Assembly (NCBI GenBank): GCA_964234715.1
Contig: OZ174276.1
DNA length: 64,000 nt
Strand: one strand, 5' to 3'
Source of the DNA: Podarcis melisellensis
Lineage: Eukaryota
Shown here: one piece after another, positions 62,017 through 64,000 of the stretch
Numbering within the stretch: position 1 is the first letter of the stretch
Layout: every line of letters begins with the position of its first letter
Program-made: the position numbers and the translations under genes
Notes under the pieces: generated by a model
Seen by the model: only the letters and a program-made list of their open reading frames with translations
What the model was told of the DNA's origin: nothing
Database searches by the model: none

Positions 62017-62220
62017 CATTTATTTATATCCTGCCGTTCCTCCAAGGAGCTTGATTCCCCACATTGGCATTCATTCCCACATTTTATTATTCCAACGACC
62101 CTGTTTGGCAGATTAAACCTCGAGATAAGTGACAGGCCCAAGGTCACCCAGCGAGTTTCATGACTGAGGATTTGAAACTGAATGTTGCAGTCTGACCAGA
62201 GCACTCTATCCACAACAACA
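62017..62220 (-). mobile_element. Older tRNA-derived SINE
   Basis: atttatttatatcctgcc...gtgacaggcccaaggtcacccagcgagtttcatg...gatttgaaact resembles the reverse complement of the 26932 SINE type. Confidence 0.6.
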
Positions 62221-63721
62221 CAAACACTCTTGAAGAAGTGCGGCAAAGCGATTCTGTCCAATGGGCTGCTACATATAACTTCCATCCAGATTTCTTCTTT
62301 TAGATTGCAATGTTCAGACAGCCCTCAGATTGCATTTAGGGGTGGCTGTGCTATCACCTGCTCTTATGCCAAGTGAAATGTAGCCAAGACTTCTGGGCTA
62401 CATTGTGGACTTCTGGGGAAGTGTGCAACTTCTGGGGAAGTGTGCAATCTGAAAGGTGCCATGCTCCCAAGTGGGCTAGGCAGTCAAATAAAAATGATAA
62501 AATACGGGAGCTCATCCTCTCTGACTAAAGTGGTGCTTAAAAACGTCAATAAAATTTCTACTGAAGGGATATCATGCACTTAGGGACCCACCGCCAATCA
62601 GATTGTTCAGTTTGGCTGAACTTTCCTTGTGCTTTTAAAGAGAAGGCGCCTTGTGCTGCAATCTGCTTCTGAAAAGATGGATTGTTCCATTGAAAATGAT
62701 ATACGCAGGGGAATGAATAAATAATAATTTTTTAAAATTTAGGAATCCAGGAGATACTGTTGCAAGTTTGAGTGTTTACTACTCCCTCTCCACCCTGTAA
62801 ATAATTTTCTGTGAAAAGAGAATAAAAACTTGCACTTCTATAGCTTGTAGCCTAAACTGAAAGTAGCAGATGACAAGAATAAATGAGTACCACAACAGTG
62901 ATGTTGCTAATGTTCCTTAAAAGATACAATAATAGCATATTTAAACAGCTGGTTCTTTACTTCCATCTGTTTGTCAAATTTGTTCTGCTCCAGGTCAGGC
63001 TACCCACAAGACTGTAAAATACCCAACCAAAGGTAATATGTTACAGGCGTCTCCTCACTTACACAGGGTTTACATTCCCAGGTACTGCACATATACATGA
63101 AACCACATATAGTGGGGGACACCATCTAAAATGCCTGTAAACACCCTCTAAACCTCTGAAAACTCTTGAAAACCCCTTTAAAAAGCCAGCAGCACTTACC
63201 AGACTGGCAAGAATGGTGGCAATGGGGGCTCTCGATTTTCCTCATCGCTAGAGGGCGATGTTGAAAAAATGACAAAATCCTCCAAACTCCACCACAATCA
63301 CTCCCTCCAAAGCTTTCTCTCAAACTCCAACTCTCCACAGGCCTCAAAGGTTGGTGCAAAGACTTCTGGGATTGCTAGTCATTCATTTCACACAATTTTT
63401 GCCTTTTCCATGTCTTTTTGCAGTTTAAATCTATGTACTTAATTATTTCCCAGAGCCTGTTTTTTATACAAAACACTATTTCCTTTGCTATGTAATAACC
63501 CATTCTTGACATTTAATGTTATTTATTTTATTCTTAAATGAAAAAACCAAAATATTACGCTTATGACCTCCCCCTCACCTACAGTAAAAAAAAGCCTTGA
63601 ATAAGTTTCAGTCCTGCTTGCTTTGTTGTTGCTATAACTTGGTCAGCAAACCTATCTTGTCTTTGGAATAGGATATCCCCCCTGACAATTTGAACAGGAT
63701 TAAAACAAAAGTATAACATAC

Positions 63722-63775
63722 CTGCAGGTTCTTCTGTGCTACTAGCCACAGTGGTGGGAGGAACAACAGGTATCT
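63722..63775 (-). CDS. NTN1: Netrin-1 third-last exon (Pro/Thr linker between the LE domains and the NTR domain), 54 bp
   Basis: Minus strand: cacAG|ag ata cct gtt gtt cct ccc acc act gtg gct agt agc aca gaa gaa cct gca g|GTATGT = (K)IPVVPPTTVASSTEEPA(D). Matches the netrin-1 linker KIPVAPPTTAASSVEEPED. Confidence 0.93.
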
Positions 63776-64000
63776 CTGTGGTAAAGAAGAGAAGGCAAAC
63801 AAGGGAAGGATAAACAAGAAAAGGTAAAAGTTGTTACTCTCTCCAGGAATGAACGTTTTCACAAGTTCAAAAGTTGTCAGATATTTCTCACATCTTTTAT
63901 CTTAAAGAAGCTGTAGGGAGAGGGCAGCTGCCTTCAGACCATAAATACTCTATAACAGTATAGAAGTATGAAATTTCCGTGACTATTCCAGATGATCAGA

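Noticed and set aside
63043-63130. Possible Tigger-like terminus (tacaggcgtctcctcactt)
   Set aside because: I could not find a matching opposite TIR, so it is too degraded to call.
1-64000. CRISPR array, operon-like or viral system
   Set aside because: No regularly spaced repeat-spacer array, no long intact ORFs and no gag/pol/env or transposase ORF. The sequence is ordinary intron-rich vertebrate DNA.

Overview
Vertebrate nuclear DNA, almost certainly a squamate and probably a lacertid lizard (inferred from the SINE and Penelope repeat complement). The window holds the tail-to-tail 3' ends of two genes. On the + strand are the last two exons of syntaxin-8 (STX8; 7018-7119 and 27687-27754). 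On the - strand are the last three exons of netrin-1 (NTN1; 63722-63775, 48041-48115, 35733-36061), with a probable ~5 kb 3' UTR ending near 30.65 kb. All five exons have canonical GT/AG boundaries and compatible phases. Nearly all other ORFs in the six-frame track are spurious. The introns contain many small mobile elements: hAT MITEs with perfect 8-bp target-site duplications (TSDs), a Tigger-like MITE, Sauria and other tRNA-derived SINEs, CR1 and L2 fragments, and a Penelope-like fragment. The most notable item is a minimal type I hammerhead ribozyme motif (5113-5150, - strand) at the apex of a 42-bp foldback inside the Penelope-like insertion. Also of interest are a MITE nested in a SINE promoter region, a modular MITE family with swapped termini, and repeat-poor, motif-rich stretches that may be NTN1 enhancers. 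I found no evidence of a wholly new multi-gene system. Repeat family names and human/chicken comparisons are from memory, not from a database search.
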